Source: Leucoraja ocellata (Eukaryota). From it: a DNA stretch of 64,000 bases. Made by a program: the position numbers and the translations under genes. Shown in pieces: positions 49,030 to 62,549 of this stretch (positions within the stretch are counted from its first letter, which is position 1; the number at the start of each line of letters is the position of its first letter). The notes under the pieces were generated by a model. It was not told the origin of the DNA. It did not search any database and saw only the letters and a program-made list of their open reading frames with translations. The DNA lies in contig JAWMAR010000085.1 of assembly GCA_036785375.1 (NCBI GenBank), forward strand, positions 4,030,001 to 4,094,000, given 5' to 3'.

Positions 49030-49335
49030 AAACATGAGGAACTGCAGATGCTGGAATCTTGAGCAAAACACAAAGTGCTGAATAAACTCAGCGGGTCATG
49101 CAGCGTTTCACTGTACCTTGGTACACGTGACAATAAAATAAACTAAACCTGTGGAGGGGATGAACAAGTGGATCCCCTCTGCCAATCAACCCCACCTAAT
49201 CCATCTATCATTTGCCAGGATTTGTCCTGTACCACTATTTTCCAGCTCCCCCTACTACAATCAGTCTTACATGTAGCCTGTCCATTCCCTTCATAGATGC
49301 TGCCTGACCCGCTGAGATCCTCCAGCACTTTGTTC
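49030..49335. repeat. Penelope-derived inverted element interrupted by a short LINE 3' tail
   Basis: ggaactgcagatgctggaatc...gcagcg|tttcactgtaccttggtacacgtgacaataaa...|ctgtggagggg...gatgctgcctgacccgctgagatcctccagcac. Confidence 0.7.
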
Positions 49336-49599
49336 TTTTTAAAAACTATTTGTAATCTACAGTCAAACTACAAATGATTTAAATCGCTGCAAAACATGGA
49401 CATTTACCTTTAAACCTGCCTAAAATGTGAAGTGAGTGGGAGGAGCGGTTTCGGATTAACAGTTTGTCTCCACCAAGGTGAAACACAACAGTTCTGAGAG
49501 CAACTAAGCCTTTAAGAATAGAATAAGAAGTCTCAAAATCAAAGAATCAAAGAAACTCCGTAAAAAAAGACTGAAAACGGGCAACGTTGAAATGCTAGG

Positions 49600-51300
49600 T
49601 GCGTTTAGATAATGAATCAAAAACACTTCTAATTAACTCGTCGCGAAATTCTAACGTTGCAGATTTGATTGCGGGTGCCAGTCAGTGGAATATGCTAAGT
49701 TTTAAATGTACTCCACCCAGGCCTTCAAATGCCCTTATGATCAATATCGCTACAGACAGAAACACGGGAGAGTAGAAATTCATCTCAGGCAGTGAGATCA
49801 AATCGATCGCCCACGAATCTGCAGGGCCCGCTTTTTAGTTCCACGGGTGCATATTCTTACTTTATACGTTATGGGTGGGTCGCCTATTAATTATTCATTT
49901 AACGTCACATGGGACTATCATTTTATAGGACATGATGTATGTCCTAAAAATAATATGCATTTCCGCAAGCTAGGTGGTCAGATTGAATCAAAACCACGGT
50001 CACGTAGCGTTCTATCGTGCAACAAATGAAAGATTCAAACGCACCCAATTTGCCGTAAGATTGAATCCTTGGTAGAATTAAATGTGGTGGCTTTTGTTCC
50101 CTGTCGCGCGATTTCCCATTTCTCTGACGGAGAGTTGATTCCTCAGCACAATCGTGTTAAGAAGTCGTAAAAGTAGATTTTGCGCCTTCCCAGTGTTTGT
50201 CGACGCGTTTTTCGTGCTTGGCAGTACTAGGCAGCCCAAACGCACATGACGATGGTTATCACATTCATCTCCGCAGGGTACAAGCTAGTTAGGATTAACT
50301 GAGATCGCGCTGTTCCCCCGGGGCATTTGGCATTGCCGACTCGAGTCTACTGATAAAGCGTTGCCTTCGCCCGCAGCGCAATACCTCCAGAGACCAGAGG
50401 AGGTAAAATGACACACCGAAAGCGACAGAGAAAAGAAACAGACATCGAGATAAGGGATATAAAGAACGCGGAGACAGAATCGAGACAGAACAGCGGTGGG
50501 TAGTCGAAAGCGAATTAAAACAGCGAGGCAAAACGGGAGTGAGGGGTGAACGCGGGGGCGGAGAAGAAAAGACAAAGGCGAGAGAGGAGAAAAAGGGGAA
50601 GGAAATCAAAAGGAAGGAAAGGGGAGCAAAGACGAGGCGAAGAGGTCCACGAGAGGAATAATAGGGGCTCCGAGAGACAACAACGGCCGCCCGGGGGAAG
50701 TCGAAACAGCGAGTGCCCCGAACAAAAAATCTGCGGCGAAATGAACCAGAACAAAAAAACAATTCACCCGCGCCAGTGCTCTGTTAAGCATCTGTCTTGC
50801 GGGGTGGGAGGGGTGGAAGCGTGTAAGCCGGGAAAGGCGGGGGTAATTATCACATTACTTGCACAAAATCTATAACTAAGAAAGCCGTCTCATTGATTTG
50901 TTTCCCAATAAATCTTCCGTAAACAAACGGAGCCCCTGTCATACACCCTGCTTATCGGGACGATGGTGACTGCACTTTTTTTTAAACAAAGCACTTCGGA
51001 AATTCACACCATGCGAAATAACTTATCCCTAAACACCAGATAAGACCACCAAAATCGACATCGGTTAAGCTTCTATTAATAGTCGCTATAAAATTCACTG
51101 TTTTATTGAAACGTGATTCCCCACGCAAAAAAGAGTTGCCGTGTTTATTGGTTCTAAACTGCTACAAATCAATATTTAAGATGTCGAAGCAGCGCCGTGC
51201 CCCATTTGAAACCTGTAGCATCATTCTGAAATGACCCACGTTATTACAGTAACCTACTAACAACAGTACTTAGTACTCAGCGGCACTGACGATCACGTGT
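49600..51300. promoter_or_regulatory. CpG-rich segment, candidate alternative BCOR promoter
   Basis: Dense CpG against a CpG-poor background, repeat-free, GC box ggggcggag near 50555, and a strongly purine-skewed stretch at 50400-50760. Confidence 0.55.
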
Positions 51301-51907
51301 TGACATTTTGAATGATGAAATTGACAGGAGTTTTTAAAAGCATACTTTACATAGGTTGGAAATAAACTTATATTTAACTTCAGGCTGAACTTTAAGTGAA
51401 CTGTTGAAGATGCTATGCCGGTTGCCTCACAAAACTGCGGCGCCAGTAATCATTTTATTTCAACAGTAACTGGCTATAACAGTTTAAACAACAACGACGT
51501 TAGGGTTTTCAGTGAGGACGGCAGCTACATTTGGTCTGACGAGACACATTCAGTTGATATTCATAGAAATGATTCTTTAACGATACATTACCTAGCCATG
51601 TCTAACGGGTCAAAGCTGTGGGTGTTCAGTGTCTCATTGTTAGTGGTTCTCTACCAGTGTACACAATTGTAAACAGTTCCCCCTTTTCATGCGAGTACAG
51701 ATAACACTCGACTCCCCCCTCTGGTGGCAAGTTCTAATGTTGAGACCGAGTAAAATAGGCCACACAGCCATAGGCCACATAATCAGCTGGCGATGCAGTT
51801 GCGATAGTCACGATACCTTATTAATTAGGTAAAATAATACCGTGAATTTCATTACGAACCAAGTTGGTGATCAGATAGCCATAGACACCCCGTCACGTAA
51901 ACTAATT

Positions 51908-52350
51908 GGCCTGAAGAAAGGTCGAAATCCGAAACGCCGACTCTCTCCCGAAATGCTGCCCGACCCGCTGAGTTTCTCCAACACTTAGTATTTTGCTCAA
52001 GACTCCAGCGTCTGTAGTTCCCTGTGACCAGAGGCATTGAGAGATGCAGCATAGGAACAAGCCCTTTGGCCCACGGAGTCCACGACGACCATCACTAAAC
52101 TAATCCCACTTTATTCTCTCCGTATTGTCATCAGCTTCTACAGCTCATCTGCGCACAAGGGGTAATTTACAGCGGCACAAAAAAAAAATCACCAACCCGC
52201 AAATCTTTGGGATGTGTGGGGAAAGCAGCGCTCGCGAAGGAAACTCACAGGGAGAATGTGCAAACCCCACACAGACAGCATCCAAGGTCGGGATCAAACT
52301 CGGGCTCTGACCCTGTGAGCCAGCGGCTTTACAAACTGCGCCCATGGGTG
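51908..52350. mobile_element. Penelope-derived half copy (51908-52025, plus) next to an inverted V-SINE (52035-52350)
   Basis: ctgaagaaaggtcgaaatccgaaacgcc...gctgcccgacccgctgagtttctcc, then cacagggagaatgtgcaaaccccacacagacagca...ggatcaaactcggg. Confidence 0.75.
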
Positions 52351-53375
52351 GCGAGGTTGACGCCAGCATTTCTGAGTCCGCAATGATTAAAGGCCAAAGG
52401 AATATCGCATCGTCGCCAAGAACATGACCATCCCCATTAAAAAAAAAATTAAATCGCCTGAAATCTCAAATATTTGACACAGACATGCATTTCACCTGAT
52501 AGGATCAGCTGTCCAAACAGGTATTAATCGCCCCCGAATCACTATTTAGACTTTTCGGCTAAAATAGTACATTGTTTGTCAATGTTATTAAGTTGAAGAT
52601 AGAAGATAATGAATCACTCAACGGGAAGTAGTGATAATGGGGACCCTTCATACTTATGGAAGATCATCTGTATTCCTGTTCCCCAGAGATTTTAATTTTA
52701 TGCACAGTGCACTGAGTAGCGTCTGGGTTTAATAACTCCCAAATGCAGTAGGAGGGTAGAAAGTGGATAAAAAACACGATGTTAAGAATTTGCAATGTTT
52801 TCCTATTAGCTTTTTAAGCCAAGTTTTGTGTTTCTGTTAGTTTCTCATACATGTCGATTATTCACACAACTACATCCTTGCTTATATACGTTTAAAATAA
52901 CCCGCAATGGGCGTACAACACAGCCCCCCCCCCTCCCTGTTAAATAATGTGATCTCGTGACACTACTTGTAAATGGTACCAGCTGGTAAGTCAGTTTTGT
53001 AAATAAACGAGCGATCTCTCCGTGTCTGTGATATAAGCATATGTACGGATGGATGTAGTTGTATATTGACACAAAATGAGGAATGTTTTTAAGGTGTAGA
53101 ATAATAATGTAACGTGAACGCATTGCCGTGTCGTGTTTTATTATTAATCTGCCTCTTGACCTTTTTGGGAGGTCAACGGCCGGCTGCTCGGACTATGTAA
53201 TGCTTGTTCTGCAACCACGATGTCAATGCTGAGAATAGAGGTGCATTTACACTGACGTTAACATTCTCGGGCCTGCTTTTCTGGAACCTGAACTACAGGT
53301 ACTAACAGGTTCTTGACGGCAAGTCCTGTTTACACTGGCGGCTTCCCGCATGACTGAAAGTTTAACTGTCTTGTT

Positions 53376-53376
<1 letters not shown>

Positions 53377-53409
<33 letters not shown>
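53377..53409. repeat. (AG)n microsatellite
   Basis: About 16 uninterrupted AG units. Confidence 0.95.
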
Positions 53410-53411
<2 letters not shown>

Positions 53412-53541
53412 GAACATCCTTGGATACAGAATTGTGTCATGGCTGCTACAAATATAAATACAGGGAGAGCTGGAAGAACACAAATTCCATCTCAGTTCTA
53501 AACGTTTGAATTAAGGTTGAATAGGATTACAACTTGAAGAC

Positions 53542-53838
53542 GGGCGGCACAGTGGTAGAGATGCTGCCTCACAGCGCCACAGACCCAGGTTCGATGCTGA
53601 CTATGGGTGCTGCCTGTATGGAGTTTGTGCGTTCTCCCCGTGATTGCGTGGGGGTTCTCTGTGTGCTCCGTTTCCTCCCACATTCCAAAGACATGCAGAT
53701 CTGCAGGTGAACTGGCTTCTGTAAATTGTCTCTAGTGTGTGAGAAATAACCAGTGTACGGGGATTGTTGGTCGGTGCGGACACAGTGACCCAAAGGGCCT
53801 GTTTCTGTGCTGTATCTCTAAATTAAACTAACCTAAAC
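53542..53838 (+). mobile_element. V-SINE
   Basis: gggcggcacagtggtagagatgctgcctcacagcgcc, ggttcgatg, V-domain, ctaaa tail. Confidence 0.9.
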
Positions 53839-54499
53839 CTCGCATACATGTGCACACGTGCATTGTGAGTGTATATTCCTCCGTACGGTGATAAACTAGA
53901 CCTATGTGCGGTTCAATTCAAACCCGCAATGCAAAGACACCCAGACTCAAATTAGGAGGCTACTTTTAGCAGTTTTGAGATTCTGTTACGAAAGTCACCA
54001 TTAATTCAGAAAATGCGCGCGACGACCTCTGCGACTATCTTTCATATGTGGATACGATTGGCATTTCACCCGGGTAAACTCCAGGTTATAATGGTTGCAT
54101 GTTTAATTTTGCTACTCGATGGAGCGCTTGGACGAATTACATTTAAGGGCAGCTGCATCGCCATTGTCTAAACGTTTAAATTAATTACAGGCAAGATAAA
54201 GGTGTCAGAAAGGCACAAGAATTAGATCTTAACAACTGATTTGACACCACACTGAATTTACACACCAGGAAGGCTCGCTCAGTTTTGCATCAGTAGTAAT
54301 GGTAATGCACAAACCTTTTCAGAAATGGAAAAGTTACTAAGCAAATGCACACATTGCACAACTGTTATGTTGTTATAACTATTATATAGCTTCAGCCCTA
54401 TCTGTTAATTTGTGACATTTTTAAAGTCGACAGCAGTGTCAAAGGACGGCTTTAATCTCCGAATACCATGAATTTAATCTTCCTTATATAAGGTAGATA

Positions 54500-54722
54500 C
54501 GAGGAACTACAGATGCTGGTGTACAAAACAAGACATAACGTGCTGGTGTAACTGAGAGCTCAGACAGCATCTCTGGAGAACATGGATAGGCACGTTTGCC
54601 TGCAACCCCCCCCCCCCCCCACAATCAGTCTGCAGAAGAGTCCCGGCCTGAAACATCACCCTATTTTTTTTTCTCCAGAGATGCTGCCTGACCCGATGGA
54701 TTACTCCAGCACTTTGTGCCCT
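54500..54722. repeat. Penelope-derived inverted-repeat element
   Basis: gaggaactacagatgctgg...cagcatctctggagaa / ttctccagagatgctgcctgacccgatggattactccagcac, with a decayed core ctgcagaagagtcccggcctgaaacatc. Confidence 0.8.
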
Positions 54723-57049
54723 TATTTCTTCCTTCTATTATGTTATTTATTGTTGCATACGAGGCAAACACTCTTGTTATATTTGTCCGGTTCTTGTGCA
54801 GTGACAAATAAACCTAAACAAAATAGGTAAAGTACTCAAAAAAATAAAATATCACAATTTAAAGAGCCCACATTACTAGTCGTGGAATCCAAACAAAAAG
54901 TATTTCCTGAAATAAGCGACATTACAAAATAAAACACAGAAAATGGATTTTCAAAGTGTGAGGAAACCAAACACAGCCAAGAGATGAACCAGGTACACTG
55001 CAAACTTACCAGACTAACTGGCACAGCACTAATTGGCACAAAGCAAGGCTTCAATCCATTGTCAAAGATAGCATTTATGTAAAAGATCTTTTCTGCTGCA
55101 CACTAACATTTTTGTAAACTCTGAGCTTGTACTTCATCTCTCCTTACAGTAGCACAAGGGTGGAAAGGTGCATGAATCGTTATGAACATTGGAACAGCTT
55201 TAATGCAATTAAAGGAGGAAGGCTGTTTATGAATGTTTAGGCTTTGTCGATAGTGTAATCATAATACATTCGTGTTCAGTGGAAAAAAAAGGTGAAAGAA
55301 ACAGAAGGATGATAATTATCAGGGATTAAGGATTGAGATGGGCTGTATTTTAACACTTTCTACAGTGTTTTGCAACATTAAGCATTTTTGAGGTATTGTT
55401 ACAAGTTTTACTTCCGTGCTTCTGGCACTAAATTGTTTCAAGGTTGAGCACTGTGTGTGCAGTGAATATTGCTGAGATTCAAATGCATAACGTATTTTAA
55501 GAGAAATGTTGACATATTAAGTTGGAAAGAAAACAATATAAAACAATTATGGGTTTCTTACTAACTGTGGATTACTTAAACAAATAGTAAGCAGTATTAA
55601 AGGTACAATATTTGTGGCAAGGAGTATACCTGTGTACCTTACAAAACAACTTAGCCACTAAGTCTGTATGATTTTAGTGATATGGGCATGAATAAATATT
55701 TTCTCTCCCAATTCTACCATTCATGTGACTCCACACAACAGAATAGATTATAATTGCCAATAGTCCTCTTGTATATTACTCCCAATATATAGGAAATTGA
55801 TTATTAAATGTAAAGCAGGTTGACATAAAAGATTATCAGTAAATGGAATGTTATGATAATGTACAATATTTGACCATAATTGCTAAACTTAACCAAAATG
55901 GGCAATAGATTATTGGAATGTGGGATATGATATAATTAAGACAGCACAAAATTCTGTTCGTTAAACGATTTAGGACACGATTGGGAATGGCTATTTATGA
56001 AGCAGCACCATGTTAAATAAGAGCGGCACGGTCTTATTCAGTTTTCTTTCACAGCTGCTTATTGAATAAGGCTGAGGTACATTTTTGTTAAACCATTAAT
56101 TTCACTCATCCATATTCTCTGCATCCCAGCAACATGAACATCTACATTTATTCAGTTGTGAAATTGCCAGTTTGGCTCCAATTATATTTTAATATTAACC
56201 TTAACAGTTTCCTTTCATCCAGTTTGTATCTTAAAATATCTATATCCATATTTTATGGTTTTCCATGATGGCATGTTTGTGAACTAGCTACATTAAATAT
56301 ATGAAGTAAGGATATCGAACAATGCAATATCCATCATTGGGAAATTATCCCCCAAGTTAACTTATCTGACCAACCGGCTGAAAGTGATCAAGCACTTAGT
56401 CAAAAGTTATGGGGCTTAAATAGTATTATTTGCGGGACCACAGTGCACTGTGGACAGCTTGATTGTAATCATGTAGTCTTTTCTTTGACTGGATAGCACA
56501 CAAACAAAAGCTTTTCACTCTACCTTGGTACATGTGACAATATATATATAGACTAAAGCTAAACATTCTTATTTCACTTCCTAGCTCGTATTTTTAGTAT
56601 AAGCATATTCCATGAGAAAATATTCAAAAATCATTTATCCTAGATAATATTTCTATAAAGGCTGTACTTTCACTCCAAATAAAAATGGGTCAGTCTCCTA
56701 TTTGTTGTACATTTCAATATAAATCAAAAAGCAGAAGGCGCTTATAACTTGATGGTTTTTTTAAAAATCCATAGGATATTCACACTGTTCCATCCTATCT
56801 ACGGAAAGGTGAAGTTACAGATATATATTTTACCTGAGTGAACAAGAACAAATCACCGATTTAAAAATGTAATAATGTGGACAGTGTCCGGGAAAAAAAC
56901 GTAGAGCATGTCATTCATTACTGTTAATTAGTTTATTTTTCTCAAAAGTCCGTTCACGTTAAACACAAATGAGAATCAACACACCGTAAATTAAATTAAG
57001 TCACAGCACTATGTTCTTAACTCCCTCTTGGGACCAAATTGCACGTCAT

Positions 57050-59250
57050 ATTACAGGAGCGGTGGGGAAAAAAAGCATCTCTGCAAAGCGTCGCGCATAG
57101 GTTTAAAAAAATCACTGCTCGCATTCAAAAGCACACTCAGAACCAGCAAAACAATGCGGCGTCTCTAGCCATGTGCGGGCTGGCAATGCAGAGTGGTCAC
57201 TGGATTGTTCCCCATATCGCACCCCGCACCCGTGACAAACACGTTATTTACATGGTGGGTAAACTGCTCGAATTTATTACAGGTCGACTTATCTCGCCGA
57301 CGTATCCTGACAATTATTACACATGACAACGCATTCAGGGCTCTGACAGCTGAAAGCGATACATAACTTCAGGGAAGAGAGGAGTGTACCCGGACCCATC
57401 ACGTGCAGCCGGCTGAGAAATGACCTTGAGGGCTGGTCCGTAAACACATGTAACCTTTGTTCTCATCTACTGGCGGGATCAAGTTGCCCGGGTTGGAAAT
57501 AAAAAAAGAGGTGGAGGGGACGCCCAGAGAAATTTCACTTTCAGAGACCGACCGATAAAACTTCGATGAGAATCTCTGACGAACTTGTTTGCAGCCAAAC
57601 GGTTAGAGGGGATCGGTGGCACGAAAGAGAAGGCTTTTTGGTTTCGCCTCGACTGTGGCTTCCACCCAAGTTTCATCCGATCGTCTCCTTATACATTTAC
57701 AAAACGTTGATTCTTGGCAGTTTAAAATGGCGGCAACCCGCAGTTAACTCCACTCTTATATAAGTCCATATTTACAATTTGAAAAAAAGGGAGAGGAGGG
57801 GAGGGGAGGGGAGGGGGGATATTTCCGTTGGCCACTAGGCGAGGAAGAAAGTTGCAGATGTGTAAAATTGCACCGGAAGGCCCTGGCAGGGCGGAAGGTA
57901 CAAATCAAAGGGTTTTTAACAAAAACATTGACTGCATTTGACACACTATCTTTGTTTGGCACTTTAATACTTGGGACTAGAACCCAAGCGCCCGGACAGA
58001 CAGAGCCGCTGCTGAAGGCGACGTTGCCTGGCAATGAACCGACTCATGCGATCAATAAACCAGGTGGACAGGAGGAGGGAAGTTTGGGGGGGGGGGGATA
58101 CTGATTGGTTTACAACTATTGCTGCTGAACATTTCGTGACCGACCGCTCTCACTCTGCCCCGAGACTGGATTAACTTTAACGCCGAGACCTTCTCCATTC
58201 CGCACAGACTGCGCGCCATTTTAGAAACTACTCCTGCTCGCCAGACACAAGGAAAGCACTGCTCCGTGGGGACTGAGTTCATTTTCCGGCTGCGCTGCCC
58301 TCCCTTGCGCCACAACGGTGCAATCCCGATCCTTCTCACTCTGGCTGAATGTGTTGCATGCCCCCCCTCCTCCCTCTCCCTCCTTTAAAACGGGATAATC
58401 AGATTCACAATGAAAAGCTGGTTGGCTCAAAAGCGGAGCTGCCAGTCAAGACCGCCTGAAAACAAAGATAAATTCGAAGGGACGTTAGGAGATATTGATC
58501 GCGGATGGTTGATTTTTGCATAATTGTGGAAGGCAGGCAACGAGCCGTATTCCCCTTTGACGAAGCAACAGCTTAGTCGGCAAGATCGATTAGCGGAAAT
58601 CCCTGGGGGAACCCGAGAGTAGTCTGCGGGACTCCTGCAGCAGTATCGAGCAATCTTTCTCAGAAAAAGCAGACTATTGGCTTGGACTTTTTTTCAAATG
58701 CCCCTTAATTTTTTCCAGCTAATACGGAGGAAAATATAAACGTTGCGAGAACCGATAAATCCCTGAATGTTAAAGGGAGAATACGGGATGTGATACGATG
58801 ATGGTCAATTGGAACATCAATCAACTGGATTTCGGATTTTGTTGCGACTAACTTTAGAGAAATGAGATGCGTTGGCGTCAACAGAACCGTGTTACAGCGA
58901 GAGCTGTAAACCGGGCTTGGTTTTATTTATTTCCCAGCCCAGTAAACTTCAAAGTGAGCACGATCTGATCTGCAATTCCTACGATGGCCTCCTCCTAGCT
59001 TTAGCAAAATCGGCCGTCCGGTTAAACTGCAGAATCGCTCCTCCTTTTCCTGACGGTTGGCGGAATCGGCAGCTTCCTTGCAAAACTGGGAGAAATGATC
59101 GCTGTGCAGGGCAGAAACTGCACGCGGTTAAAATGAGCGTAATCGACAGACTTCGACAAGGGTTTGCAGAAATGCAGCTTCATGGGGGGGGGGGGGGGGG
59201 GTTACCAGCAACTTCAGTAAGCAAAACATTGGTCAGCGGAAATCCAAATG
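57050..59250. promoter_or_regulatory. CpG island, candidate BCOR promoter
   Basis: High CpG, repeat-free. YY1 motifs AAAATGGCGGC (57724-57734) and CGCCATTTT (58214-58222); NF-Y box ctgattggtt (58101-58110); Sp/KLF-like G tracts near 57790-57820 and 58360-58385. Confidence 0.65.
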
Positions 59251-61527
59251 GGATTGAAAGGAACATCTCCAAGTTAGACTGAGACTGAAGTTAGACTGAC
59301 CTGATGGAATACAACGGATTCTTAAGAAAATTCCCCACGTGACACAAAATCCAGCCCCACCCGGTTCACAAACTGCCTAAAATCCATCAAACGGCAGCAA
59401 AACGTCCAGATCACCCAGTGTACAAGAAATCGTCCCTTCCTCGCAGAACTGTCCGGTTGAAGAGGACAAATTCCCTCCTGCCATCTAGATAATAATATCG
59501 GTCGTTTTCAGCCAAATGCTGGAACAGTTAAAATGCGCATAACGAGATTATCCCACACTTCAATTCTTCAGTATTAACTCCCCTCCCCCACTCTCCTTAT
59601 CGAGAGACAAAACCGGTTCCTTGTTCTGACCAAAAAATAGAAATGCTGATAATACTCAGCAGCTCGGGCACCATCTGTGGAGAGAGGTGCAGTTATCATT
59701 TCAGGTCAATGACCAGATGAAAGGTCGTGGATTTGAAACGTTAACTGTGTCACTTTCTACTGATGTTGTCTACGCTGCCGGGTATTTTCATTTTATTAAC
59801 AATTCCAACAAACACAATAATTTTCTTTATTCGGACCGGCCTCTTTCAACTAAGAGGTTGTCCATAAACAGCCCCCTCCTCTTTTGAGATATGCCAGCTG
59901 TTTAAGTTTGTTTTCTAGTTACTTTAACATCATGACTGGGGTATTGATATGATCAATGCACCGCCCCGAACAATACTTCACTTTTTATCTGTTGTACTGC
60001 TCCCTTCAACCGACGAGCTGGATGGATTCCGGTATTTTTTTTATTAGAACTGCAAGTAAGAATTTCATTGAACCGTTTCGGGACACATGACAAAAAACAC
60101 TCTTGACAACTCAGGGGAATCATGGATCACGGAGTCCTCATGCAGGATAACATAACGGCGCCGACTAATGCCTGCGTGTTCCATGTCCATTGTAGATTGC
60201 TATATATTTTTTTGTAACTGAGAATTGAGTTATGCTGTGCGAATTCAATAAATTTTAAAAAGCCACGTTCTGTTTCATCACTCAAGATCTTAACTGACTC
60301 TGGAGGGACGCGACCTCTTGGGAGAGAAGCAATCCCGCTACTTGACACTAGGACCATAGTAACATCGCGGTATAAATCCCATTTAAATGTGGTCAAATGT
60401 GTGTTAACGCTCCTGGACATTTCTGAAAGTTTCAAGTATTAGGGAGCGAAATGCTGCCCCGGCCAACTTATAACATTTAGTTCTGGGCAAGCTGCATAAA
60501 CTTGGTTCTAACTAACTGGAGCCAATAAATCCAGTTATAAACACGACACAGCGCAGAAACAGACCACTCCGTTCAAAGGGTGCATGTCAATGTAAACTAA
60601 CCGACCCCAACTCCATTTCGCCCTGTCAAAATATAATCCTATACTCCCTACTATCATTCTGTGTACTGGTCACCCCTTAACTGTGTTAATACTATTCTCC
60701 ATAAACACCTCAGCTCGTACCGAGTTCCACGTTATCGCCATTCTTCTGAATGATTGGGCTGTCTGTCTTACAATCATATGCATTTTCAGACTTTTCCTCC
60801 TATTGAGAACTGACACCCCCCTCCCACTGTTTACATAAATTATGCTTTGCTGTACCAAATTATACTTTGCTGTAGCTTTTCATATACATATATATAGACA
60901 CACACATATATGATCAAGACACTGTCAAAACTGTACATAGAATTAAATTGAAAAAGTTTAGCAGGTTACCTACCGATTCAGAATGCTCACCCTCTGTGTT
61001 TTGACACTTTAGACTAGCATTTACCTTCTTAGGAATATACTGGGAATAAAATGTCAATCGAGGGGTATCACGTGGAGAGGAGATGAGTTTAACGCAACAT
61101 CATGTTCCGTACTGACATTGGAGGCAGGACGCCCTGTTCCCGTGCTATACTATTCTATGTTCCTCATGGTCAGACGGACAAAATGGAGGTGGTTTGGTCG
61201 GCAAATCATATTTCTAGTTTATCTCCTTACATAATGGGTGACAAGGAAGCGTATTAATTAGGTAGCTTTTTGATCTAACCCTTCGATTGATAAATCCGGA
61301 GAATTAATACATGCCTTCTTGAAGTTATCAATATTGGTTTTATTCCTTGTTCTTTGTTTTGCCTTAGAGCCAACACTTCCTTTTAATGTTGGTTTTCCAA
61401 AATAACAAGACACCGCATTCGCACTTTTGAAATTAAAAATGACACAATTTCAAGATTGCTGTAGCGAGATAAAACCAGCAAGAAGTACAGATCGACGAAG
61501 AGGAGACATTTTTTTGAGGGGGAAAAA

Positions 61528-61688
61528 TCCACAAAGCGCTGGGGTAACTCGGCCGGGTCAGGCAGCGTATCTGGAGGACACGTATAGGCCACGTATCCGC
61601 GTTCTCTAGAGATGCTGCTTGACCCGGCCGAGTTACTCGAACACTGTTTTTTCCTTGTGAACCAGCATCTACTGTACCTTGTGTCTCG
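61528..61688. repeat. Penelope-derived inverted-repeat element with the centre deleted
   Basis: gtaactcggccgggtcaggcagcgtatctggagga / tctctagagatgctgcttgacccggccgagttac. Confidence 0.8.
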
Positions 61689-62549
61689 ACAATTTTGGAG
61701 AGGCAGATATTCTGAAAGGGTTAATTCCATAGACCATAGACAAATGTAATCTTATATATTAAAACGCTGCATTTTCAGAACTCCGTCCATGGTTTTTTTT
61801 TTAAAGAAATCATCACACTGGCAACGGAGTTGTTACCTCTTTTAAAAAAAAAAGAAGAGGTGGGAGTTCGCATCGAGGCTGTCTCCTGGAACAGATGTCA
61901 GATTATTTCCATTCGTCTCTCTGGATCACCGCTGTAAAAACCAGACTACATATTCTCCCAGATGAAGGAAGACCACGAATCCGCCCAACAACAACGTCAT
62001 TGTTCTTATTGCTTTAGAATCCACAGCGGCAGCTGCTTTCTCTAATCATGAAATCAACCTCTATATATAGAAAATTATCATTTGCGAAAAACACAACAAG
62101 CTGATTTCAAACACAGACCCGAGACTGAGTGAACAGGGCCTTTATTTCCTAGCAGTGTTTTTTTTTTCACCCAGCCGCAACTGAACAATTAATCACACTA
62201 AATTACAGGGAATCTCTGTTACTGTACAGGGTGGGTTATTGGTTTGTGGCATTGCCCTCCGTACATTAGTAAACCTATACTTTTCAAAACGGGCCAAGTA
62301 TCTTTTCCTTCCACAGTACGATGTGTAACCCTATGCAGCAGAAGCAAAACAAAAAGAAAATGCGACGATGTTTCTGGTTCTCTTTCACTTATATCGCACG
62401 TGTTTCCAGTCACAGTGTAGACCATATCCGCATCATTGAGAGACTATCTCCTGGGGATGGATCTCAAACCAACTGGATACTAGACAGGGTATATCATTCA
62501 ATTGTTAGAAACTCATTCTGGGTTGCCATGGGGCTGAACATGACAAAAC

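Noticed and set aside
50285-50875. Overlapping 79-155 aa ORFs
   Set aside because: Low-complexity products of purine/pyrimidine skew in a CpG-rich region; no recognisable domain.
56438-56453. Perfect 16-bp palindrome ccacagtgcactgtgg
   Set aside because: Isolated, at the edge of a LINE tail fragment, with no supporting context.
58872-59282. 136-aa plus-strand ORF in the CpG island
   Set aside because: TTG start, crosses a poly-G run, no recognisable homology; expected by chance in GC-rich DNA.
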